In this document: piece by piece, positions 10,501-22,800 of the stretch
Position numbering within the stretch: the first letter of the stretch is position 1
Layout: every line of letters starts with the position of its first letter
DNA from: Antedon mediterranea
Taxonomy: Eukaryota > Animalia > Echinodermata
Direction of reading: 5' to 3'
Length of the DNA: 64,000 bases
Assembly (NCBI RefSeq): GCF_964355755.1
Contig: NC_092674.1
Location: forward strand, 26,040,001-26,104,000
Made by a program: the position numbers and the translations under genes
Notes under the pieces: model-generated
Database searches by the model: none
What the model saw: the letters and a program-made list of their open reading frames with translations, nothing else
What the model was told of the DNA's origin: nothing

Positions 10501-12731
10501 GCTTATAGGCCTACCTGTTCACCAGTTAGTCCAACTTGCGTTTTAAAGCCAGGCGAAACAGAAAATCCAAAGGTACCAACTAAGGGATATTCATCTTGTT
10601 GATGTACCAATACCTATTCAACAATAAATATTATTTTTAAACTCATATATCATATTATATTATTGTCACAATTGGCGAAATACGTCTGATTGTACTGTAG
10701 GAAATATAGCAAGATTATGATGATGTTCGCCAATGATAATGAAGATGGAACTGATTTTTTTTTTACATTAGTGACACCTTTCTTACGTTGATCAATTTTA
10801 TACAAACATTTACGTCATTAGGCCTATTGTTACCAAAAAAGTACATTTATAACACGATTCCACGGAAAGCTGTTACCTTTAGTCCAGCTGCATTATTAAC
10901 AGAATATCCATACTCTGTTTGGTTAATGTCAATCTCCAAAATGAGTCCAGTTACATCTCCAGCATTTCGGGTAGTCAATGGATTACTACTATCACCATTA
11001 AACGTATAGCATACTCCAAAGTCGTATATTTTAGTAGAGAAATCATCCGGTCCACATGGCTGATACTGCCATGAACATTCTATAAGCATATCCTCTATCC
11101 GATGGCTAATTCGAAGCAACGTCACCGTAAAATTTATGTCATTATATGGAGTAAAATTAAAAGAGGGTTCCATATAATCCGAGAAAAAAAACGACTTTTC
11201 TCTTTCGGTCATTTCTGTTACACGGAACTGGTTGTAGTTACATAATGTGACAGCCGGAAAAGTGATAACATCGTTTGGAGAGGTGGTGATTGCTGATGAC
11301 GAGTTGTACTGGTAGTATTTGGTTATACTTGAATACACTGCAAAACCCAGCATTGACAATGACGACACCAGCAGTACAGTCCAAATACACCTTGAAGTAC
11401 AGTAAATTGTTTGTTATAAATACTAAGGCAATCTACCAACAGGATGCTGAGCTCGCCTTAAAGATAGAAACTTGTAACAGTCCTTTGTTCTTAAGATTGG
11501 CTGCGACAAATTCATACTAGTTGCGGTTACAGTACCAAGTACATTCTCCGATTTATGTTTAAGGCTTTATAGATGAGAGCCGAAACGTGTCGCAACCACA
11601 CATCAAACCTCTGATCTAATGGAACTCAGCATCCTGTTGTTAGATTGCCTTTTAAATACATATACTTATGTGGTATCATTATTAAGATAGTTCGAATAAT
11701 GTTTTGAATTTCTGAATAATTAAGATCTAACTTGATGGAATGTTTGAACATGATAACTGTGATAAGGATGAAGATTATGTTGATGAAAATGATATTTGTG
11801 GTAGTTGAGTTGGTGATCAAAATGATTAGAAGAAACTTGAAAGATTAGATAACGACAATACGATACGTGATTATCATTATTATTTATTCAACTTAATTTT
11901 ACAAGGGTAGATCTAATACCTGCTGTACTACAGCAGTATCTGACTTGAAGAGGCCCGCTTGAAACAACAAAAATATACAGACGACATCCAAACATAAAGA
12001 TACAAGGGGATTCATAAAGTTAAAATGTTCAATGAGAATAAAAATGATCATAATATATACAATAAAATGAGGATGATGAAGCTCCAAACAAATTTAATAA
12101 CAAAAATATTGTAATAAAATGAACAGATAAAACATTCATTTTCTAAGTGTAGCTCTATTTACACTTAATGTTTGATGGAATTAGTTCAGGCTTAGTGCCT
12201 ATTTGCTTCCATGTCTAGTCTTAAAAAATGTTTCGACTTTTCAATGTGTTGGCTGATGGGGGCTGAATAACTGTGACAGGCAGGGCATTCCAATACTTAA
12301 TTATTCTGATTGAAAAAAAAGTTATTTTTGCACAAGAGATTTGCTCTAAGTTTTGGACGATAAAGCTTCAGGCTGTGACCACTAGTTCTGTTGTTACGAG
12401 AGATGGTGAAGAAGTCGTCTGGGTTTATAGCCTATTTATGGTTACCTGGCAGTTTGGCACAACCATTACAATAACAAATTGAAGATGGAAAGGTTTGAAT
12501 GTCAAAAGATGATGGCTTCAACTATCGATAAGCATTCTTTAAAACCTCCAGGAATATGCACCTAATAGGCCTAAGTACCGCGCAGCCTACATTATACAAA
12601 ATGCACCTCTCTTACCTTCTTATTGTCGCAATGTCCTTATTTCCAACAAATCGGATCCCATGAAGAGAAGTTTCTCCAGTTAGCTGTTGGAAATCACCTA
12701 CATCTTTGACTTCATCGTGTGTTTGTGCCAT
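7582..12731 (-). CDS. DEG/ENaC channel A (ASIC5/BASIC-like), 443 aa; exons 12616-12731, 10877-11390, 10515-10613, 9920-10067, 9142-9198, 8317-8470, 8046-8137, 7582-7733
   Basis: All introns GT-AG with consistent phases. TSLHG gating motif, TM1, FPAVTLCNYN, FGVCYTFN, GFSVSPG, Cys-rich thumb (CGC, CDCPIAC), ENLLQLQIYFEE, TM2 LLSEIGGNMGLLCGMSLITIIE. Confidence 0.93.
8575..9125. mobile_element. Unclassified interspersed element in gene A intron 5 (absent from B)
   Basis: No counterpart at the matching B position (~14565). Shares GAATGTTTATGAGTGT.ATGGTACAAATAATG and GATCGTTTAATAGTGCGTACTATTGCA...AAATGACAGGAA with 39060-39690. Confidence 0.7.
10133..10433. mobile_element. MITE family 2 (ACGCA-rich, Harbinger-like); young copy 10202-10380 nested in an older relative
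   Basis: TIRs AGCGTGGTTCCCACTAG / CTAGTGGAAACCAAGCT; whole block absent from gene B intron 3. Confidence 0.82.
11425..11651. mobile_element. MITE-like inverted-repeat element shared by A and B (B copy ~17101-17343)
   Basis: AAGGCAATCTA(C/A)CAACAGGATGCTGA pairs with TCAGCATCCTGTTGTTAGATTGCCTT. Confidence 0.65.
12200..12430 (-). mobile_element. CR1-type LINE 3' remnant in intron 1 of A (B copy ~17870-18075)
   Basis: Minus-strand translation INPDDFFTISRNNRTSGHSLKLYRPK... and FFSIRIIKYWNALPVTVIQPPSANT resembles the CR1 ORF2 C-terminus (TRGHxLKL...FFSxRVVxxWNxLP). Confidence 0.75.
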
Positions 12732-12834
12732 TTTGAATGTTCTGTCGCCTTTCGTTATAGTGATATCTTTCGTTGTATGCACAGTTATAGCATTTAAAAT
12801 ATTATTTGTCCTTATAGCTTTTGCTGGTTATTTA

Positions 12835-13050
12835 CAATTACTCAATCACAACACAATGTTTCACGCATGAACAGTTATGAAGCGTGAATGCATTATATTC
12901 ATATTAACGCAAAATACTTCCTATCTTCTCATTAAGAAATAATTCGTTTAGTATTATTTTGTAATACCTGTAGTGTATTTAAATAGCAAACTTTGATGAG
13001 CGACATTAAGTGATAGTTATTGATATATATCGATTGATGGAACCGGAAGT
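12835..13050. promoter_or_regulatory. Conserved upstream block with Pax6-type paired-domain sites (also 18445-18657, 28005-28212, 43512-43760)
   Basis: TTCACGCATGA at 12860, 18469, 28029, 43547; inverted TGAAGCGTGAA at 12878 and 18487; second conserved segment TAGCAA..T.TG..(G/A)AGCGACA...TGATA...ATTGAT. Confidence 0.55.
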
Positions 13051-13575
13051 TACAGTAATGAGTTTGTCTAACGGTGTCGTATTTGCTTTTAAACCACCGA
13101 TGGTAGTTATACACGTCAGTGGTGTAACAAGAGCCATGAGCGTTCTTTGGCTAAAACCAAGCCCCTGAGAAAAAACGGGTATTACAATATTCCCAGTTCC
13201 GTTTTTTTTTTCAAATTCCGTTGTTTTATTTCGAATCTTCCTTACGTCACTAAGGTTGCGATCGCGGTCATTATTTTTAGAATTATGAACAAATACCAGT
13301 TTTGTTTTTGGATTACTAAACACACTTAATATAAAAACATTATCATACTAATATATATATATTCACAAATTCTACTGTACTTCATATACACATATGGATG
13401 CAAATTTACATCTAAATACAAGTAAATACATTAACGAAATACTTTCAAGTTTCACTAAGCTAAACCTAAAAAAATACGTAATTCTCGTTCATTTCCATCG
13501 TCCCATCGGATAACACGTTCACAAAGTCTTCACATATGCCTTTATTGACGCATTGTTTACTTCGTAACGCGTTTC

Positions 13576-16500
13576 TTATTTAGTTGACGTAATGTCTACT
13601 GCGTTGTTGTTTTTGCCGAATCTGCAATACCGAAAAATCGCAGAAAGGAAGCCAAACTCCAAAAATTCGATAATTGTTATCAAACTCATTCCACACAGTA
13701 ACCCCATGTTACCACCTATTTCAGCTTTAAAGCAAACAGAACAATAATAAGGTGAGATGCAGAGAGGTCTCAAGGTAGAAAATGAAATACAGTACAGTAT
13801 ATAATTTATATATAGGAGACTCAAAGACTTTGGGGAGACTTTATAAAAAGCGTCGTCAAACCAAAGAAGGTGTTATGACTTTTTAATATTGTATATCCAA
13901 ACGGTAGAGGACGCTATTTCAACAAAAATATAAAATGCAAGTACTAAATACATGCTCAAATGCCCTGTTCTCGTTCACGTAAACAACATTTTTAAAGATA
14001 ACTTATTATCTACACATCACTATAAGATAATTTGTATTACTTACATAGTAACTGTAGTTTTGAAAATGTTGGAACTTCGGTGACTATTTGAAAGTTCATT
14101 TCTTCAAAATAAATTTGCAGTTGGAGTAGATTTTCTCTATCATAAAGTGTAAAAGAATATTTTTAAAACGGTAAAATAACACGGCATCTAAGGCCTACTG
14201 CATGAAGAGCTATTCTTCCGACAAGTAGGCCTACATTATAAGCTAGTTTCGATTGTCACTGATTTTGGAACACTAAGACGATTATTGTAATAATAATATG
14301 ACAAATGAAGTGTTACCTGATGTCCTCTTTCGTCGTGTACCCAGTTTTGTCTAGATAGTCTCCCAAAACATAATTTGCCGGCCAATAGCTTGTCGATATC
14401 CGATTGTTGTAGAACGTCTGCTCGCATGCTATTGGACAATCACACTTTGTACCGGAGTTATAGAAATTTACTAATATAGAAAATATGATACAAGATTGAA
14501 ATTAATTATGACATCAACAATCTTCATTATCTGCTAAAACAGATATGCATTCATTATTACGACATTTTTAATTATAGGCTATACCTTCTTCTTCGAACGC
14601 ACACCTGATCGATTCCTCAATGGTACAATCTCGGACATCGGCTGCAAAATTAAATCAAATACTTTAAGATTTTTTAAAGTTTAATTTCTACTTAGTATTT
14701 GTGATCATCATCAACATCGTCGTCGTCCACCACATAACCCATAATGCAGAGTCATAATAATTTATATATAGATGGTTCTGCCTTGATCCTTGATGAAGAA
14801 AAAAAATCGTATAAAGTGGACAGATTTCACCAACCCTGCATCTTGCATAACCCTCCCTCCACTCTGCATCTAAATATTACTATGACTAGATTTGAACTCG
14901 TCGCTTTGACAAGTTAGAAACTGAGTGAAGTACTTGGAAAAATATTGCCACAGAGGGCGCTTGTTGATATTTCGGCCAATGTTAAAATATTACAAATTGT
15001 TCTATTTTTCATTTGTGAAGTTATTAGTGACCGATTTTCTTGAATTTCAATAGGCATGTTCTGTAAGTAGGCCTACATACCTATTTACACCGAAACATTC
15101 AGAACGATAACTTGAAATAAATTCTATTTTGTCTAGTAATTTAATAATTACCAGTTAACTCCAGAGGGCGCCATATGTAAAGGTTAATCGAGAAAAAACA
15201 AGCACGAATTCGAACGAGTGCGATATTCGGGGAACAGCAAAAGAAGCTGTAATGACGTCATAAGGCGGGATGTAACGTCACATACACATCAATATCCTCG
15301 CTACCAAATACAGATATTTTTATTCGGGTTACCCGAGTCTAGGACTCGCTTATCTTCTCCTTCTCTTCCTCTTCCTCTTATATCTGGACACTATTGAGCC
15401 AACTTTCAAGTCCTACTACTTCTTTACGCGTTGTCTGACGGCTCTGAAACATGGCATGCATATACTAGGGTAATAGGTGAACAAAGCTATAGAGAAAAAA
15501 TTGTCGTACTTCTACCGCATGCAGAATTACGACAATACTACAACGAATAAAGAGAGTAGTAGTACTTTATAAATCGCACTTTTTTCGATTGGTACCATGT
15601 TTATGACGTCATAATTCTGCATCCGGCGGTTAAAGTACGAACATTTTCTCTCTATAGCTTTGTTCACCTATTACCCTAGTATATGCATGCCATGTTTCAG
15701 AGCCGCCAGACGAAGCGTAAAGAACTAGTAGGACTTGAAAGTTGGCTCAATAGTGTCCAGATGAAAGAGAAGATGAGAGTCCTAGACTCGGGTACCCCGA
15801 GAAAAAAATCTTCGATTATGTAAATTTACATCATCGTGCTGTCTCGAATTGGAACTTTTTGTCCCGATTGAACTTTTAAATATGGCGCTCTCTGGCGTTA
15901 TCGAAGTCGCTTATTGTACCTGACATAGTTGGGTGTTTACATTCACATATTTCAGTGATATATCTGTACTTGCACTCGTTGATGCAATTCGTCTCGGTGT
16001 AAGCTTTCGTGTATTTTAGAGCCCTGCTTGTACAGTTAGATGGGTACGGATGTGGTAGGTTTACGACCTATAAGGAAAAAAGAGTTAAATGAATGAATAT
16101 GAATAACGACAATTGATCGTCAATATAGTGCATCTCAGATCATTACGTCATTGTCTATCAACATCATGCAAATGTATCTTCGTAAATGTTTATAGGCCTA
16201 CTTGTGCACCAGTTAGTCCAACTTGCGTTTTAAAGCCAGGCGAAACAGAAAATCCAAAAGTAGCCACTAAGGGATATTCATCTTGTTGATGTACCAATAC
16301 CTATTCAACAATAAATATTACTTTTAAGCTCATTATCATTTAAGTGTCACAATTGGCGAAATACGGCTGATTGGAGGATATATATATATTATTATGATGA
16401 AGTTTGCCAATGATTCTGAAGACGTAACTGATGTGATGATTTATTTTACATTAGTATAGTGACATTTTCTTACGTTGATCAATTTTATACAAACATTTAG

Positions 16501-18341
16501 GCCATTATTGTTACCAAAAAAGTACATTTATAACACGATTCCACGGAAAGCTGTTACCTTTAGTCCAGCTGCCTTATTAGCAGAATATGCATACTCTGTT
16601 TGGTTAATGTCAATCTCCAAAATGAGTCCAGTCGTATCTCCAGCATTTCGGGTAGTCAATGGATTACTACTATCACCATTAAACGTATAGCATACTCCTA
16701 AGTCGTATGTTTTAGTAGAGAAATCATCGGGTCCACACGGCCGATACTGCCATGAACAGTTTATAAGCATGTCCTCTATCCGATGGCTAATTCGAAGCAA
16801 TGTCGCCGTAAAATTTATGTCATTATATGGAGTAAAATTAAAAGAGGGATCCATATAATCCGAGAAAAAAAACGAATTTTCTCTTTCCGTCATTTCTGAT
16901 ACACGGAACTGGTTGTAGTTACATAATGTGACAGCCGGAAAAGTGATAACATCGTTTGGAAAGGTGGTGATTGCTGATGACGAGTTGTACTGGTAGTATT
17001 TGGTTATACTTGAATACACTGCAAAACCCAGCATTGACAATGACGAGACCAGCAGTACAGTCCAAATACACCTTCAAGTACAGTAAATTGTTTGTTATAA
17101 ATACCAAGGCAATCTAACAACAGGATGCTGAACTCGCCTTGCAAAGATAGAAACTTGTAACAGTCCTTTGTTCTTAGGATTGGCTGCGACACATTCATAC
17201 TAGTTTCGGGTACAGTACCAAGTACATTATTTTTCAGCGGTTTATGTTTAGGGACTTTAGAAGAAATGATCGTGTCGCAACCACACATAAAACCTTTGAT
17301 CTAATGGAACTCAGCATCCTGTTGTTAGATTGCCTTGTGGTATCATTATTAAGATAGTTCGAATAATGCTTTGAAGCTCTGAATAACTAAGATCTAACTT
17401 GATGGAATGTTTGAACATGATAGCTGTGATAATGATGAGGATTGGATTATGTTGATAAAAATGATATTTGTGGTAGTTGAGTTGGTGATCAAAATGATTA
17501 GAAGAAACTTGAAAGATTAGATAACGACAATACGACACGTTATTATTATTATTTTTGTATTCAACTTTATTTTACAAGGGTAGATCTAATAGCTGCTGTG
17601 CTACAAGCAGAAGCTGACTTGAAGAAGCCCGCTTGAAACAACAAAAATATACAGACGACATCTAAAGGATACATAAGGATTCATAAAGTTAAAATTCTCA
17701 AACAGATTAAAAATGATCATATATATATAAAATAAATTGAGGATTATGAAGCTTCAAACAAATTTAATAACGAAAATATTGTAATAAAATAAACAAATAA
17801 AACATTCATTTTGTAATTGTAGCTCTATTTACACTTAATGTTTGATGGAATTAGTTCAGGCTTAGTGCCTATTTGCTTCCATGTCTAGTCTTAAAAATTT
17901 GTCTCGACTTTTAAATGTGTTGACTGAGGAGGATTGAATAACTGACTCGGGCAGGGTATTCCAATACTTAATTATTCTGATTAAGATTTGCTTTAAGTTT
18001 AGGACGATAAAGCTTCAGACTGTGACCACGAGTTATGTTGTTACGAGAGATGGTGAAGTCGTCGTCTGGGTTTATAGCCTACCGTATTTAATCCAAGACT
18101 CTTATTAAGGTTACCTGGCAGTTTGGAAACCATTACAATATAAAATCGAAGATGGAAGGGTTATATGCACCTAATAGGTCTAAGTACCCCACAGCCTACA
18201 TATAAAAAAAATGCACCTCTTTTACCTTCTTATTGTCGCAATGTCTTTATTTCCAACAAATCGGATCCCATGAAGAGAAGTTTCTCCAGTTAGCTGTTGG
18301 AAATCACCTACATCTTTGACTTCATCGTGTGTTTGTGCCAT
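13576..18341 (-). CDS. DEG/ENaC channel B (recent duplicate of A), 442 aa; exons 18226-18341, 16558-17071, 16202-16300, 15920-16067, 14585-14641, 14317-14470, 14045-14136, 13576-13724
   Basis: Same exon lengths as A for exons 1-7 (116/514/99/148/57/154/92), open frame, same motifs; introns alignable to A. Confidence 0.92.
15332..15792. mobile_element. Long-TIR foldback MITE with TA duplication (Tc1/mariner-like by TSD)
   Basis: TA|CCCGAGTCTAGGACTC...GAGTCCTAGACTCGGG|TA; arms pair over ~190 bp; absent from gene A. Confidence 0.85.
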
Positions 18342-18777
18342 CTTGAATGTTCTGTCGCCTTTCGTTATAGTAATATCTTTCGTTATACGCACAGTCATAG
18401 CATTTACAATGTGTTCTTATAGCTTTTGCTGGTTATTAAATCTCAATTACTCAATCACAAAACAATGTTTCACGCATGAACAGTCATGAAGCGTGAATGT
18501 CATTATATTCATATTAACGCGAAATACTATCTGTCTCCTCATTAAGAAATAATTCGTCTAGTATTATTTTTTAATACCTGTAGTGTATTTGAATAGCAAA
18601 CTTTGATGAGCGACATTAAGTGATAGTTATTGATATATTGATTGATGGAACCGGAAGTTACAGTAATGAGTTTTTCTAACGGTGCCTTATTGGATTTCAA
18701 ACCACCGTTGATAATAAGTACACGTCGTCAGTGGTGCAACAGCTATGAGCGCTCATTGGCTAAAACTAAACTATGTG

Positions 18778-18875
18778 AAACAATGCCATATACATGGCTG
18801 CTGCAGTCGCGTGCTCAAATTAGTTTTTACCGACCGACGAACCGACCGACATAGTGAGCTGTAGAGTAACGTTGT
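18778..18875 (-). mobile_element. HINE/Helentron-like non-autonomous element nested in a hAT-like MITE (~18729-18945)
   Basis: Reverse complement of the 52282-52388 element (CCGA microsatellite, AGTCGCGTG repeat); host begins CAGTGGTG and ends TTACGCCACT. Confidence 0.65.
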
Positions 18876-19858
18876 CGAAATGGCTTTTAAAAAAAAACAG
18901 CATTTGAGGGCCAGTCAGGGTTCCTAAACCAAGGGTTACGCCACTATTACACGTACGTTACAATACGTGTTTTCAGAACATTTCCCGTTCGTTTTTTAGG
19001 GGATTTTTTTCAAATTCCGTTGTTATATTTCGAATTTTCCTTGCGTCACTAAGGTTGCGATCGCGGTAATTATTTTTAGAATTATGAAAAAATACCACAG
19101 TCGTCACCCGAAGCCAGCTTTGTTTATTAAAGGTTGGGAGGGGATCATGTTTTCACAAAAGGAAAAACACCGTCATAAGCTATGCTAGGTAGGCAGATTT
19201 ACTATACGCCTAGAAAAGGGCACAGGTGATTTGTTAATGTTAAAATGTGGTGCAAAAATATTGATGTCTGTTGGCAGTATACAAACTTTTCAGGCACAAC
19301 AATTTAATTTCATTAATACGAATTATTATCAACATGTAAAATTATCTTCGTGGGTTATTGCTAGTCATAGATTAATACCCGTTTTACATAACTTTAATAA
19401 AAATTAGTAATACATTCTGAAACATTAAAAAGCTCAGTTAAACATTACAAATATTTTGTTATGCTTAGTATGCTGTTTGTTTTGTATTTCTGTTTTTTTG
19501 TAATCCCTTGTTCCCACTATAGTAGGACGTAACACAGGGACGTAATCGCAACGCCAGCGAGTTGACCAATGATGACGATAGTTCAAATAACTGTTTACGA
19601 TTGGTCAATTACTTGCGCTGCGATTATGTTCTTGCGTTGCGTCCTAGAGTGGAAATACGTTTTCTGAATTCAACTTTTCAAGGTATTAGGTGCAGAATTG
19701 ATTGTATTTAACGTTACGTCGTTATACGTTGCGTTGTAGTAGGATATTTTATCGTGGAAACCAAGCATAAGCAACATACATACGCCTACCCTTAACACAA
19801 AAAATATGTACAGGTGTATTAGGCCTATAGATTTTTCAATTATTGCGCGTTTGAGTTA

Positions 19859-22800
19859 TTACACTTTCTCTTTCATCAAAAGCTGTAGAATTGTGACGAA
19901 GACAAAGTCCAGCAATTCAACCACAGTAATCAAACTCATTCCACATATTAAACCCATGTTTCCACCAAGTTCAGCTGTAACAAAAAGAAAAAATCGAATG
20001 TCCTCTTAAGAAATGGCAAACACAATGTTTAGTGCGCTTATATTGCATATTGCATATTAAACTGACGGTTTGATTGTAGTGTGCCTCATTCAGCTCTAAC
20101 TACAAATTAATATAATAAAAGTATTAAATTGTAATAATCAGCAATCATAATTACATGTACTGTACTTGTGACAAGAATCATTTACTTACAAAGCAACTGT
20201 GTCACAGAGTATGACGGGACGAGTTCAACAACGGTCATGTCCAAATCTTCAAATGATATGCCAACCTGAAGAATGTTTTCCCTGAAAAACACACAATATC
20301 GTAGAGCATTTCTAAAGCTTGGTTCTCACTAGAACGTAACGCAAGGACGTAAACGCAACGCAAGCGTTTTAACCAACGACAAGCGAAGTTATAGACAGTT
20401 AGTAATCACAAGCAAATAAGCCATCGCTTGTGATTGGTCAATTCACTTGCGTTGCGTTACGTTCTTGTGTTGAGGCGCTAGTGGGAACCACGCTTAAGAG
20501 GCTATGACTATGTAAAATCAGTCTAAGTTCATTAAAGTTAAGCCAGGCCCTACCTTACGTATTCTTTTGTATATCCATAGTTGTTTTCAAACGATTGTAT
20601 CATCGCTGGATCCGGCCATAAGGTGCTGGATGTACGTGGTTCATATGTCAGCTGATCACATGCTAACGGACAATCACATGATGCCTTTTTATCAGTAACA
20701 AAAAGATCTGAAGATAAATTATTTTTAGGTTAAAATCAAACTCAAAAGCAAATAAGTAACCAAAGTACATAGACAGCCACCGTGTGAGTTTAAACATGAG
20801 AAATATAATCAATATAATGAAATTCGTCTAATTAAAAAATAACAAGAAATGCATTCTTGAAAATCGTAAATTTATTTTCTGTATATTGAGTATCATAGTG
20901 AGTTATAAAAATCAAACTAATCCACAATTCATATTTGTTTGTTTAGAATTTGAACAGTTTACAAACGATTTAACGAAGATACTATGTTATTGAAATTCAT
21001 ATACGATCTATTTAGACATTAAACTTACCATAGGCAACATTACCACAGTCAATGGACTGTTGAGCGGTACAAAGCGGGACATCACCTAAAAAAGACGATA
21101 TTTAGAGACATCAATGTCCGTCTGGACTAACAAACTGCTCAGAATTAGAAAATTTAAATTGTTAATGTGTGATGGCAACCACTGTTCTACAGTAGCCTAA
21201 TGTGCCTATCAATTGCTCTCCTTACGCTCAGTCCATTGTTTTTAACAAGTAATTTTTAACATATTTATTTACATATACAATTGTTTTCCTTCTAAAGGAT
21301 AAAAGAGAGGCCGAAACAAAAATGAGGTTTAGTGTAGTTCTGTAGTTAATTTATTTGATGTTTTTTATCCGTGTCTATTTTTAATCCGTGTCTATTTATA
21401 ATTGTTATTTTATATATTCACTCATAGGCCAACATTGGCTTGTAATTCTCAAGAATGTGATTAAATAAATAAATACAAAACAAAAAATATAAAACTAGAA
21501 ATACCATGATCAATAGAACATGAACCCATTCAGCCATTTTTTGTAATCATAACTGAAATTAGTAAAGAATATTTTGTTTACAGTACTATGATTTTGTGTC
21601 AACATAACTAATTAATTTCCTGTTTTGAGGGAAAAAGACAAAATGGAAAAAAAAATACTAATGTAAGAGATTAAACAGAAAGAAAAAGAAAGACAAATGA
21701 AAGAAAAGAAAGAAAAACACAGAAGGAAAGACAAAAGGAAAAAAATAAGTCAATATGACTAATTAATTTACTCTTTTGAAGGAAAAGAAAAAATGGAAAA
21801 AAAGAAAATATTAAAGTAAGAAATTAAAAAGAATGAAAAAAGAAAGAAAAAGTAAAGAACAAATAAAGGAAAGAAAAGAAAGAAAAACACAGGAGGAAAG
21901 AAAAAAAAATGTAGTCAATATGACTAATTCATTTACTCTTTTGAAGGAAAGGAAAAAAAGGGGAAAAAATAATAGTAAAAAATAAAGTAACAGAATAAAA
22001 AGAAGGAAACAAAGAAAAAAAAGGAAAGAACAAATAAAGGAAAGAAAAGAAAGAAAAACACAGAAGGAAAGAAAAAAAATGTAGTCAATATGACTAATTC
22101 ATTTACTCTTTTGAAGGAAAAGGAAAAAAATGGGAAAAAATAATAGTAACAAATAAAGTAACAGAATAAAAAGAAGGAAACAAAGAAAAAAAGGAAAGAA
22201 CAAATAAAGGAAAGAAAAGAAAGAAAACACAGAAGGAAAGAAAAAAAATGTAGTCAATATGATTAATTTTACTCATTTGAAGGAAAAGGAAAAACGGGGA
22301 AAAAATAATAGTAAAAAATAAAGTAACAGAATAAAAAGAAGGAAACAAAGAAAGAAAAAAAAATAAAGAGAAAAATCTGGAAAAAAAAGAAAAAACATAT
22401 AAAGATAATAAAGATAATAAGATAAAGTAAATGAAAAAAGAACAAATAAAGAAATATATTTAAAAATCTGTTTTATGATATTGTTATGGAAATTGAATAT
22501 ATGAACAATTATGAGTAACTTGTTTTCTTTAAGTTATTATCTTTAGTAAGCCTAATACAGTAGTTAGTAATAGTTTTCAATAGTTATGTTTGTGTTGAAG
22601 GAGATGGGCTGACGAGTCCGTTCAAACTGAAAACAAGTAAATGTAAACCGTGTGCTTTTACTTAAATTAAGTTTTAGACTAACCCATAAAATTTTGTAGT
22701 TGACATCCACATTTTTCGATGACGTAATCATATCGGCACTCATAAATACAAAGAGCTTTGGTATAAGTGCTTTTTCGTTGAAGCGCTTTCGCAGTACATT

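Larger units (their letters stand above)
7310..19097. repeat. Direct tandem duplication: unit 1 ~7310-13297, unit 2 ~13303-19097
   Basis: TTTTGGATTACTAAACACACTTAATATAAAAAC starts both units; ...TTATTTTTAGAATTATGAA(C/A)AAATACCA ends both (13297, 19097); introns colinear. Confidence 0.9.

Noticed and set aside
10291-10602. ORF MLTVYNFACHWLKRLRC..., repeated at 31004-31189
   Set aside because: Translation of MITE family 2 running antisense into a channel exon; not a gene.
8317-16067. Exactly 6000-bp offset between A and B at exons 4 and 6
   Set aside because: Other exons have different offsets (e.g. 5443 at exon 5, 5610 at exon 1); independent insertions happen to compensate.
22103-22348. Phe-rich 81-aa membrane-like ORF
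   Set aside because: Translation of the A-rich minisatellite.
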